DNA of 64,000 bases. Source: an uncultured archaeon (GTDB taxonomy: Archaea; Aenigmatarchaeota; Aenigmatarchaeia; GW2011-AR5). Below, one piece after another: positions 10,056 to 18,748 of the stretch (position 1 is the first letter of the stretch; each line of letters starts with the position of its first letter). The DNA lies in contig CAYJTG010000003.1 of NCBI GenBank assembly GCA_964373255.1, positions 25,759 to 89,758 on the forward strand, in the 5' to 3' direction. The notes under the pieces are model-generated. The model was not told the DNA's origin. It saw only the letters and a list, made by a program, of their open reading frames with translations, and did no database searches. The position numbers and the translations under genes were made by a program.

Positions 10056-10742
10056 ATGATAAGTCTTGATCAGTACAACAAATTTTTACTCGACAATGAT
10101 CTTGTTGGCTTTTTTGATCCTTACATAACTTTAAAATCAGGGCGCCCTGGACATTGGTACGTAAATATGCGAGACGCTTTGAAAAATCTTAATCTAAAAC
10201 GCCAGTTAGCTATGTATATGTATGATCTTTGTGGCGAATTAGCACTAAAACCTGATTATTTCTTGGGTGTGCCTGATGGAGCAAAACCACTCGGCGAAGA
10301 GATGAATAATCTCATAAATTACAAAAAACCTTTTGAGATATCAGCAGCGGTTCTACGCGCTGGCAAAAAAGCTCATGGAGATCCGTTGAACAGATATTCA
10401 GTAGGACCACTTACACCGGGAAATCACGTAGTTCTTGTTGAAGACGTGACCACAACCGGCGGCTCTTCGATGGAATATATAATGCGCCTGCAGGAAATTG
10501 GTATATGGATCGATGCACTTGTTTCCTGCGTCAATCGCTTTGAACGTAGGGATCGTAAAAGAACGGTAGAAGATGTGTTGTTAAGAGATTATAATGTAAA
10601 ATATGCGGCAAGAACCGATGCAAGGACTCTCTTGCCTGCTGCCGTTAAGAAGTTTAACCCAAACGAAAAAATCATAACTGATATAGAAGCTTACTACAGA
10701 CAATATGGCGTTGAGCCAATAGAACTTCCTAAAGCTGCTTAA
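10056..10742 (+). CDS. pyrE: Orotate phosphoribosyltransferase.
   Basis: PRPP-binding motif 'VVLVEDVTTTGGS'. Start taken at the Met of MISLDQY, immediately after the pyrF stop. The ORF track begins at 10011, upstream and overlapping pyrF. Confidence 0.85.
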   Translation: MISLDQYNKFLLDNDLVGFFDPYITLKSGRPGHWYVNMRDALKNLNLKRQLAMYMYDLCGELALKPDYFLGVPDGAKPLGEEMNNLINYKKPFEISAAVLRAGKKAHGDPLNRYSVGPLTPGNHVVLVEDVTTTGGSSMEYIMRLQEIGIWIDALVSCVNRFERRDRKRTVEDVLLRDYNVKYAARTDARTLLPAAVKKFNPNEKIITDIEAYYRQYGVEPIELPKAA

Positions 10743-10743
10743 T

Positions 10744-13521
10744 TCACTTCCAGTATATCTTCGTCCTGGCAAAATTTTTTTCGGCTTCTAGTATATCCTT
10801 GTAGAACTGCTCTTTATTGGTATGGAGCATGGCTAAAATTCTGGCTGCTGTTTGCGGGCCTACGCCGTGGCCCGCCAATGCCTCGACAGCCTTTCGCCCG
10901 TAAACAACGACCAAGTCGGACGACCGGCGGATTGTCTGGAATTCGTTGAGTTCTTCTTTTGTCAACTGTTTCTTTTTGAGCTTCTTTTTCACGATATTTT
11001 GCGCGCTTATCTGCCTTGGTCTTAATATTGCTATCAACGCTGACCTGCATTTGGGGCACTGCGGTTGTTCATTGACATCCTTTACCTTTGTGATCAGTGT
11101 GTAGTCCCCGCAGTTCGTGCACAGAAGCCTTATCCTCGTCAATAGAAGCCTCCTCTTGAATGCCCTGAAGATCTCGCCTTCCGGCATTTTTGGCTTCATG
11201 ACTTCCGAGAACTGCTGAACAAGACCCAGTTCGCCCAGATGGCTCAGTCCTTGACTTACGTGCAGTTTTATTTCGCCGTTCTTGATCTTTTCGATCACGT
11301 CTTTTGCGTTTTTAATGTCCATTTTTTCAAGAAATAGTTCTCGCATCGTCTCTGTGTAGGCAGGGCTATCGGCGTATGACGCAACTATCTTGCTGACGTT
11401 TATTTTATCGTATTTCGCGGCTTTCGATATTATGCCAAAGCGCCTCGCCACATGAACGAACCGCCATTTGAACATTGAAGACCTTTCTATCGAATCCTTC
11501 AGCACGTCATCAAAATTCTTCGCCTCCTTGAGAATTCTTTTTACGTCATCGGGTTTCGCAGTTGTCTGGAGCATTATTCTGTACGGGTCATTCTTTATGT
11601 TGACAGACACTCCTGTTTCTGCCGTAATGATGGCGCCCAAGTATTTTGCAAGTGTATTATTGACCAATGATCCAAAGCATGCGTGAACGACGATAAAGTT
11701 CTTGTAGTTTTCGACGAGCACATTTTTTTCATCGGGCACGATGTGCGATGCCTTGTGCTTTGAAAGTATATCCGCCATTTCTTCCAGCGCGTGCTTATCG
11801 ATATCAAACTCTTCCTCAACTTTGTCAAGGTTTTCAGAAGCAATGAGCCGCCTCAGCCGCCCGACACCATGCGCTATACTAAGTGGGACAGGTATTAGCT
11901 CGCCCTCCCACGCGGGTATAGCAGACTCGATGTCTTCCACTGGTTCGACAATAACCTTGTTGCCATCAACTTGAATTATTTTCCATGCACGGCCGGCGCA
12001 AACAAATCTGTTGCCGCTCTGCCCGTGCTCGGCCACGAACTCTTCATCCAAGCTGCCTATAGGCTCGTTCTCAACGATTGAAATAATTCTGTATTGCACT
12101 TTGTTTGGTATCGTTGACAGGTTTTCAAAGTAGTAGTTCCACGCCCGCCTCTTTCTATTAACCAAATACCCTGTTTTTGTTTTATCTAGCCATACGAGGT
12201 GCAGGCTTTCCAGAAACTCAAGAATTTTTATAAATTCCTTTTTTGTGAGATTCCTGTAGGGGTACGCCCCTTTCACAATCTCGTATATTTTTTCATCCGG
12301 TACCGAATAGTATTCAAGCGCTATGCCGATTATTTGTGTTGCCAGTACGTCAAATGCGTCTGTATGTATTTTTACATCTTCCAGTTTTTTGTCGACGGCG
12401 TTCTTTGCGATAACGGCCGACTCAAAAGCGTCTTCTTCGCCTGTAATAATTATGCCCTTGCTCGTTCTTCCAACGCCGTGGCCGCTGCGGCCAATGCGTT
12501 GTATCAACCTTGAGACCTGTCTAGGCGATAAATATTGGACAACTAAATCTATGGAGCCTATGTCAATGCCAAGCTCCAGGCTGCTCGTAGCTATCAGTGA
12601 TTTCAGTGTTTGTGCTTTGAATTTCTGCTCAGCGCTTATTCTTCGCTCTTTTGAGAGCGACCCGTGATGAACGGCCTGCATAAGCTCCCTGTCAAGAGTT
12701 CTTAACCTCGATGACAGCACTTCAGCAGTCTCGCGCGTATTTGTAAATGTCAGAACAGACGTATGGCTCTTAATCAGTTCGTACAAGTGACGCAGCCGCG
12801 TGGTCGTGTTTATCCCAATGAACAGTTCATCGGCAATAGTTCTGTCCTGCATTGTTGGCTTGGGTGATTCTACCTTAATGGTGTATTTTTTTTCTGAATC
12901 GGCGTGTATAATTTTTACATTGCTCCCAAGAAATTCCGCAACTGTCTGTGGCGAACCGACCGTAGCCGACAACCCAATGCGTTGAAAATCGCCGCAAAGC
13001 TCTTTCAGACGCTCCAGTGCTACAGATAATTGAACGCCCCGCTTGTTTTCGACAAGCTCATGGATTTCGTCGACTACAACGAACTTAACATTTTTGAGGT
13101 GCTCGCGCATCGTTTCCCCGGTCAATATAGCCTGAAGCGTTTCTGGTGTTGTAAGAAGGCAGTGTGGGGGTATTTCCCTCTGTGCGGTCCTTTCTACCTG
13201 CGAAGTATCGCCGTGTCGTACTGATATGTCAAGATCAAGCTTGTCGGCCCACCACACCAAACGGTCGAGAAGGTCCCTGTTCAGTGAGCGCAGCGGTGTT
13301 ATATAGAGTATAGATATAGGTTTTAGCGTATCTTTCGCCGCCTTGTCAAAAAGAGGCAGCATTGCCGTTTCTGTTTTGCCGATACCGGTAGGTGCAATTA
13401 TAAGAATATTCGAACCATTCATTATTTCCGGCATACCCATCTTCTGTGCTAGCGTTGGCTCGATAAATCCCTTGTCTCTTATCAGCTTCTGCATTTTTTC
13501 TGAGAACATCTGAAATGTCAT
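10744..13521 (-). CDS. lhr: Lhr-type large ATP-dependent helicase (superfamily 2, DEAD/DEAH), Lhr-core.
   Basis: 925 aa. Motif I 'APTGIGKT'. DEIH box 'VVVDEIHEL'. Helicase C domain. C-terminal CxxC...CxxC ribbon and HhH-like tail. Confidence 0.85.
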   Translation of the reverse strand: MTFQMFSEKMQKLIRDKGFIEPTLAQKMGMPEIMNGSNILIIAPTGIGKTETAMLPLFDKAAKDTLKPISILYITPLRSLNRDLLDRLVWWADKLDLDISVRHGDTSQVERTAQREIPPHCLLTTPETLQAILTGETMREHLKNVKFVVVDEIHELVENKRGVQLSVALERLKELCGDFQRIGLSATVGSPQTVAEFLGSNVKIIHADSEKKYTIKVESPKPTMQDRTIADELFIGINTTTRLRHLYELIKSHTSVLTFTNTRETAEVLSSRLRTLDRELMQAVHHGSLSKERRISAEQKFKAQTLKSLIATSSLELGIDIGSIDLVVQYLSPRQVSRLIQRIGRSGHGVGRTSKGIIITGEEDAFESAVIAKNAVDKKLEDVKIHTDAFDVLATQIIGIALEYYSVPDEKIYEIVKGAYPYRNLTKKEFIKILEFLESLHLVWLDKTKTGYLVNRKRRAWNYYFENLSTIPNKVQYRIISIVENEPIGSLDEEFVAEHGQSGNRFVCAGRAWKIIQVDGNKVIVEPVEDIESAIPAWEGELIPVPLSIAHGVGRLRRLIASENLDKVEEEFDIDKHALEEMADILSKHKASHIVPDEKNVLVENYKNFIVVHACFGSLVNNTLAKYLGAIITAETGVSVNIKNDPYRIMLQTTAKPDDVKRILKEAKNFDDVLKDSIERSSMFKWRFVHVARRFGIISKAAKYDKINVSKIVASYADSPAYTETMRELFLEKMDIKNAKDVIEKIKNGEIKLHVSQGLSHLGELGLVQQFSEVMKPKMPEGEIFRAFKRRLLLTRIRLLCTNCGDYTLITKVKDVNEQPQCPKCRSALIAILRPRQISAQNIVKKKLKKKQLTKEELNEFQTIRRSSDLVVVYGRKAVEALAGHGVGPQTAARILAMLHTNKEQFYKDILEAEKNFARTKIYWK

Positions 13522-13522
13522 T

Positions 13523-14215
13523 TTAATCGATCCTCATGTTATTTATTGCACCTATGTCTGTTCCGTCAAGAAGATAAGCACGGGCGTTCTTTGTGTCGAG
13601 CATCTTTGCTATCGGCCCTAACAGCTCGTCTTTGTTAACAATAGTTGCGCCGCAAAGTTCATTAAATGCCGGCATTATAACAAGTGTTTTGCCATTTAAC
13701 CTCTTCGCCAGCTTTCCTATAACCCAGACCGGTTCAACGTAGACAGCACCAAGCTTATCCCTGAACTTTACGTGAGGCTGGTTGTGCCCTATAACTATCG
13801 TTCTTTTGCCTGTTTTGACATTTCTATGGCCGTGTGTAAGAAAATAGTTTTCGATAGTAATAGAGCTCTTCACTCTTATATTTTTACCCCGCGGTACCAT
13901 TTTTTCTATACCGCCGTCGTGGTTTCCTTTTACAATTATTATATCGTCAAAGTCTAGCAACAAGAAAAACCGGTCGAGCTCGAATTTTTCCTGAAGCGAG
14001 AATCCAAGAACCCTGTGCTTTACATCGCCCAAAAGAATGAGTTTCTTTGTTCGTGTGATTTTTTTCAGCTTATTTATTCTTTTTGCCAGCTTCTCCGGCT
14101 GGCTGGGCATAACTATGCCTTTTTCATAAATGTCTTTTGTTATTCCTATGTGCAGGTCTGCGACGATCAAACATTTGCCTATTTTTAGTGCCGGATAGTT
14201 TTTCAGGAATCTCAT
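13523..14215 (-). CDS. Metallophosphoesterase (MPE), the usual operon partner of Lhr.
   Basis: Calcineurin-like motifs 'VADLHIG', 'LGDVKH', 'VKGNHDG', 'THGH'. Stop is adjacent to the lhr start on the same strand. Confidence 0.8.
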   Translation of the reverse strand: MRFLKNYPALKIGKCLIVADLHIGITKDIYEKGIVMPSQPEKLAKRINKLKKITRTKKLILLGDVKHRVLGFSLQEKFELDRFFLLLDFDDIIIVKGNHDGGIEKMVPRGKNIRVKSSITIENYFLTHGHRNVKTGKRTIVIGHNQPHVKFRDKLGAVYVEPVWVIGKLAKRLNGKTLVIMPAFNELCGATIVNKDELLGPIAKMLDTKNARAYLLDGTDIGAINNMRID

Positions 14216-14226
14216 AACACAATGCC

Positions 14227-16101
14227 TCAGAAACCGAAAATGATTCTTATTATGGTAAGCAGCGACGACGATATGACATTTATTGGATCTGACATTTGTC
14301 CAACAGAAAGCCCAGTAATTACTTCATAACTGCTTTCTGTATCGTTCTGCGATTGGTTTGTGATTTCCATCTCTGTTGTTGGAAGTGACGTATTAAGTTC
14401 TGTGTCATTTATAGCATTAATTACTGGGGGTTCTGCCACATTTATTTCGTTTGTTATATCATTATTTTTGTCGTCAACCCTTACTCGTACACGAAACTTA
14501 TAAACGCCTTTTTCTGTGGTGTTTTCTATCTTGTTCTTAAGATAAAGTATTGTAGACGCTAATGTTGAAAGTTCAACACTCTGTTTATTTGCATCATAAG
14601 TGCCCTTCCACTTATTTTCATTGTTGTCTAACCCTAGTGAAACAGGATTATTGTCTTTGAAAACATACGAGTAAACTGTGAAATTCTTCTGGCTTGTGAA
14701 ATTGTTTGTGATTCTTACGGTTGTTGTAAACTCCTCTTCTATGTGCACGTTTGGCGGGTAGTTTACAACTTCGTACAAGGACACGTTTTGCTTCACAAAT
14801 ACTGTTGTAGTGCCCCCACCACCACCGCTTGTGCCAGAGCTGGATACTATTGTAGTTGTCTTGCAGACCGATGACGAAGACCCCTTAACGTTTATGTTTT
14901 TTGAGTCGATTGCATCAAGGCCTTCTGCAACAATCGCATAGGTGCCGTCAGAAAAAGTGCCGTCACAATTTGATTTTAATTGAACTGGAACTTTCAAGTT
15001 GTACGGTGTGAATTTATTTTCCAGATTCATATTTGTTATATCGCTGATCTTGTTGCCTGTGCTGTTTTTCACGAAAATATCGATAGACGTTTTTGAAGTA
15101 TTGCCCTTGTAAATACTTATAGAAACTTCTGCGGTTTCACCGTATTTTATCTCGTTATCCGATCCCACGTTAACGGATGTTATATTTATGGATGAATCAA
15201 ACTGTGGGCTTGAGCCTTTTACAACGATAACCTTGCTCGCATTATTATTACTCACGTCTGTATCATTGCATCCCGTACTGACAAGGGAAGCTTTGATATA
15301 GTAAGCTTCTGATCCTGTAATGCCATCAGGCGTCCACTGCCTGCCTATTGTTTTTGTGCACAGAAGTTCTGATGTTACTTCCATCGGTGATTTTACGAAA
15401 TTTCCAAAAATATCTTCGACAAAATAGTTTACCGTAGAATTGTGCATGGTATTATTGCACGTTGTATCGTTAACGATTAAATTAAAATTTATTGTCCCTA
15501 TTTCATAAACAACTGAATTTGTGCCTATCGAAAGCTCAAGGTTGCATATAAGTGTGGTGTTTTGCTGAGTCGTATTGGTTTGATTGGTTTGCTGGTTAAT
15601 TTTTGGCTTGTTAACAGCGCCAGGCGTGGGCTCGCATTCTGCAAAGCTGCTGTTGATTATGCAAATGGTTTTACCTTCGGCCGAAACAGGCGAGTATGTT
15701 ATATTGTCAAAAATTTCTGTAGAATTTTTTATCCAGACCGTTTCATTTGCAGAATTCAGAAGGTCTGACCACGAACTGTCTATCACTGGCCCTGTATAAT
15801 TAGAATAATCAGCAAGAAATAAAATCGCGTCCTGTGCAATAACCAAATACCCTCCGGGATTCAAAATCATTGTTCCTTGCCCACCATTTGCAGGCGGCGG
15901 ATTCAATGTATGATCAGTATTACCCGTGTTGAGTTTCCATCCTGTAAGATTGTAGATATCTGAGTCATTATTGTATACTTCTACCCATTCGTGTCCTGTG
16001 TCCGTCCCGTTTGGATTGTGCATTATTTCGTTTATAGAAATTCCATACGATACACTAGAAGAAACAGCTAAAATAAAAATGTACAACAAAATTTTATGCA
16101 T
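14227..16101 (-). CDS. Secreted surface protein. N-terminal signal peptide, lamin-tail (LTD) domain, Asn/Thr-rich region with many N-glycosylation sequons, and a C-terminal TM anchor.
   Basis: Signal-like N-terminus MHKILLYIFILAVSSSVSYG. LTD-like 'ISINEIMHNPNGTDTGHEWVEVYN...GWKL'. More than 25 N-x-S/T sequons. Hydrophobic C-terminus 'LLTIIRIIFGF'. Confidence 0.7.
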   Translation of the reverse strand: MHKILLYIFILAVSSSVSYGISINEIMHNPNGTDTGHEWVEVYNNDSDIYNLTGWKLNTGNTDHTLNPPPANGGQGTMILNPGGYLVIAQDAILFLADYSNYTGPVIDSSWSDLLNSANETVWIKNSTEIFDNITYSPVSAEGKTICIINSSFAECEPTPGAVNKPKINQQTNQTNTTQQNTTLICNLELSIGTNSVVYEIGTINFNLIVNDTTCNNTMHNSTVNYFVEDIFGNFVKSPMEVTSELLCTKTIGRQWTPDGITGSEAYYIKASLVSTGCNDTDVSNNNASKVIVVKGSSPQFDSSINITSVNVGSDNEIKYGETAEVSISIYKGNTSKTSIDIFVKNSTGNKISDITNMNLENKFTPYNLKVPVQLKSNCDGTFSDGTYAIVAEGLDAIDSKNINVKGSSSSVCKTTTIVSSSGTSGGGGGTTTVFVKQNVSLYEVVNYPPNVHIEEEFTTTVRITNNFTSQKNFTVYSYVFKDNNPVSLGLDNNENKWKGTYDANKQSVELSTLASTILYLKNKIENTTEKGVYKFRVRVRVDDKNNDITNEINVAEPPVINAINDTELNTSLPTTEMEITNQSQNDTESSYEVITGLSVGQMSDPINVISSSLLTIIRIIFGF

Positions 16102-16146
16102 AGATTATTTAATATGAAAGCTTAAATCTAAGAATAGCATGTGGGC

Positions 16147-16974
16147 TTATATGGGTTTCCATTCTTTTATTGCCTTTTCATAGCCGTGCGGCGTGCCGAC
16201 GTCAAAAAGGAAGCCGTCATGAACAAATCCTGTAACACTTCCCTTGCTGCTCAGTATAGAAAACAGCTTGTCGGTCATGACCTTCCCGTTTGGCACGTAT
16301 CTTAGTGCTTCAGGCTCAAATATGTAGAAGCTCGCGTCTATTAGATTGGTAGGCGCGTTCAAAGGCTGGTCAATAAATTCTACCACCTGGTTGCCGTGCA
16401 TTCTCACAACACCGTATTCTGTAGGATCGTTCGAATTTGAAAGTAGGATGGTTGCAAGTGCGCCCTGTTTCCTGTGGAAATTAAATAGCTCTGGTATGTT
16501 AGGATTTATGAGCGTATCTACATTCAAGACCGCAAATGTGTCGTGTATTTTTCCCCTAAGAAGCCGCAGAGCCCCCATCTTGCCGAGAGGCTTTTGTTCT
16601 ACAATATAATCTATCTTAACGCCAAATTTGCTGCCATTACCAAAATGTTCAAATATCTTTTCGTGGTTCTCTCCTACAGTAAGAATGATATTTCTTATGT
16701 CAAATTCCTTTAACATGTTTATCTGGTGCTCCAGAACAGGGCGGCCTTTGATCGGTATAAGCGCCTTAGGTATCTCGTATGTTATTGGTCTCAGCATCGC
16801 ACCGTCGCCACCGGCCATTATTACAACTGTATTCAAGTCTGTTTTTGCAAGGCCTCTCATGATAAGTTGTTCAACCGCGTGTGACCTGTTTCTTACATCT
16901 TCATGGTCGATTGTCTTGTCCAGTTTCCTTAGTATGTCAGATTTTATTGTTATAGTAACGCGCTTAAGAGTCAT
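16147..16974 (-). CDS. Fusion protein: N-terminal ribbon-helix-helix (CopG/Arc-like) domain joined to a sugar-1-phosphate nucleotidyltransferase domain.
   Basis: The first ~45 aa 'KRVTITIKSDILRKLDKTI...RNRSHAVEQLIMRGL' fit a beta-alpha-alpha RHH. It is followed by the nucleotidyltransferase motif 'VVIMAGGDGAMLRPITYEIPKALIPIKGRPVLEHQI'. Confidence 0.65.
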   Translation of the reverse strand: MTLKRVTITIKSDILRKLDKTIDHEDVRNRSHAVEQLIMRGLAKTDLNTVVIMAGGDGAMLRPITYEIPKALIPIKGRPVLEHQINMLKEFDIRNIILTVGENHEKIFEHFGNGSKFGVKIDYIVEQKPLGKMGALRLLRGKIHDTFAVLNVDTLINPNIPELFNFHRKQGALATILLSNSNDPTEYGVVRMHGNQVVEFIDQPLNAPTNLIDASFYIFEPEALRYVPNGKVMTDKLFSILSSKGSVTGFVHDGFLFDVGTPHGYEKAIKEWKPI

Positions 16975-17092
16975 TCATACCACGTATCCACAAAAGTATG
17001 AAAAAGTATGAAATTCCAAACTATTTAAACGTGACATCTATGTTTATTGTTGTGGTTTCTGTGGAATTCAATCGACCACAACCACTAAATCT

Positions 17093-17100
17093 TTAAAATT
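17093..17100 (+). promoter_or_regulatory. Candidate archaeal TATA box (TTTAAAAT) for the heptose-kinase gene. The 16975-17120 region is shared by divergent promoters.
   Basis: The A/T box lies about 21 nt upstream of the ATG at 17121. The RHH-nucleotidyltransferase gene is transcribed divergently from the same region. Confidence 0.3.
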
Positions 17101-17120
17101 ATGTTACCAATGGTGTCACT

Positions 17121-18155
17121 ATGATAATAAGAAGCAGGTCTCCTGTCAGAATATCATTCGGCGGAGGCGGAACAGATATACCGCCTTACTGTTTTGAAAG
17201 GGGCGGCTGCGTAGTGTCGGCAACAATAAACAAATACTCCTATGCAACCCTGCAGAGCCGAGATGACCAAAAAATATTCGTAGAATCTGTCGATTTCCTG
17301 AAAAGCACGGTATTTGGAAATATGTCTGAAATCGTCTATAACAATGAGCTTGATGTCCTGAAAGCTGTAATAAAAAATCTCAATCATACAGGCATGGGCG
17401 CTAATATATGGATGAGAAGTGATGTTCCGCCGCGTTCTGGGCTGGGGTCTTCGGCGGCTGCGTTCGCAGCCATGATAGGTCTTTTCAATCACATGCGTGG
17501 TGAGAAGGCAATGACGAACTATGAAATTGCCGAGCTTGCCTACAAGTTAGAGAGGGAAGAGCTGAAAATAGGCGGCGGGTACCAGGACCAGTATGCAACT
17601 GTATTTGGCGGCATAAATTATATTGAGTTTGCAAGCAACGGTATAAAGGTAAATCCGATAAAAATGAAGAAAGATCACGTACTGGAGTTAGAAAAGCACC
17701 TTGTTATTGCCTACGCTGGCGAAAGGCAGGCAAGCGGCGACATAATTGAGGCTGAAAAGAAGGGTTACAAGGAAAATAAAGAAGTCTTTGAAGCGCTTGA
17801 AAAAACAAAACAAATTGCGCAGGAAATAAGATACGCGATAATAAGGGGTGATTTTGAGAGGCTCGGTGCATTGCTGCATGAATCATGGGAAACAAAGAAA
17901 AAACATTCTGCCTTGGTGTCGCACCAACGCATAAATGATATATACGATCTGGCTAGAAAGAATGGCGCCATAGGCGGTAAAGTGTCTGGTGCAGGTGGCG
18001 GAGGGTTTATGTTTTTCCTGTGCGAGCCTAACAAGGAACATAATGTTGTTGCTGCTCTGGAAAAAATCGGTGCTAAACCTGTCAACTTCACATTCGATTT
18101 CGATGGTCTGCAGACATGGGAGCCTGCAAACCGTACCCCCATGATTTTGAATTAA
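17121..18155 (+). CDS. hddA: GHMP-family sugar kinase, likely D-glycero-alpha-D-manno-heptose-7-phosphate kinase (HddA-like).
   Basis: GHMP motif 'PPRSGLGSSAAAFAAMIG'. C-terminal 'GGKVSGAGGGGFMFFL'. Sits in an operon with gmhA and the gmhB-hddC fusion. Confidence 0.65.
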   Translation: MIIRSRSPVRISFGGGGTDIPPYCFERGGCVVSATINKYSYATLQSRDDQKIFVESVDFLKSTVFGNMSEIVYNNELDVLKAVIKNLNHTGMGANIWMRSDVPPRSGLGSSAAAFAAMIGLFNHMRGEKAMTNYEIAELAYKLEREELKIGGGYQDQYATVFGGINYIEFASNGIKVNPIKMKKDHVLELEKHLVIAYAGERQASGDIIEAEKKGYKENKEVFEALEKTKQIAQEIRYAIIRGDFERLGALLHESWETKKKHSALVSHQRINDIYDLARKNGAIGGKVSGAGGGGFMFFLCEPNKEHNVVAALEKIGAKPVNFTFDFDGLQTWEPANRTPMILN

Positions 18156-18172
18156 AATGAAGAAGTGATGTT

Positions 18173-18748
18173 ATGAACTACCTAGAGGAAAAAATGAATC
18201 TTCATAAAAAAATGGTTGATTTATTGGATTTGAAATCAATAGAAAGGGTTGCGGATGCGATATCAAAATGCTATAGAAGCGATGGCAAACTATTGATATT
18301 CGGCAATGGCGGTTCTGCGGCCGATGCGCTTCACTTTGCTGCGGAGTTCGAGGGACAGCTATCATCTGTAGACAAAAATCGGAAAGCGCTGCCAGCCATA
18401 ACACCGTCTAATTTGTCTGCATTGACAGCCATAAGTAATGATTATAATTATGATACTAGCTTTCTCCGTTTTGTTCAAGCTAATGCAAGGTCTAGTGATG
18501 TTGTCGTAGGCATAAGTACAAGTGGCAATTCAAAAAATGTGATTAACGCAATAAAAGAAGCCAAGAACATTGGTGCAACAACAGTTGGCTTTACCGGTTA
18601 TGACGGCGGTCAGTTAAAAGACTTTGTTGACATCCTTATGAATGTTCCTGCTTCTAATGTTTCAATAATACAGGAAGGCCACATTATAGCTTATCATCGC
18701 GTATGTGCTCTTGTTATAAAGGAATTGTTTGGTTATGATGCATTATGA
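18173..18748 (+). CDS. gmhA: Phosphoheptose isomerase (sedoheptulose-7-phosphate isomerase), SIS domain.
   Basis: 'LIFGNGGSAADALHFAAEF' and 'VVGISTSGNSKNVINAIKEAKNIGATTVGFTGYDGG' closely match GmhA signature regions. Confidence 0.85.
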   Translation: MNYLEEKMNLHKKMVDLLDLKSIERVADAISKCYRSDGKLLIFGNGGSAADALHFAAEFEGQLSSVDKNRKALPAITPSNLSALTAISNDYNYDTSFLRFVQANARSSDVVVGISTSGNSKNVINAIKEAKNIGATTVGFTGYDGGQLKDFVDILMNVPASNVSIIQEGHIIAYHRVCALVIKELFGYDAL

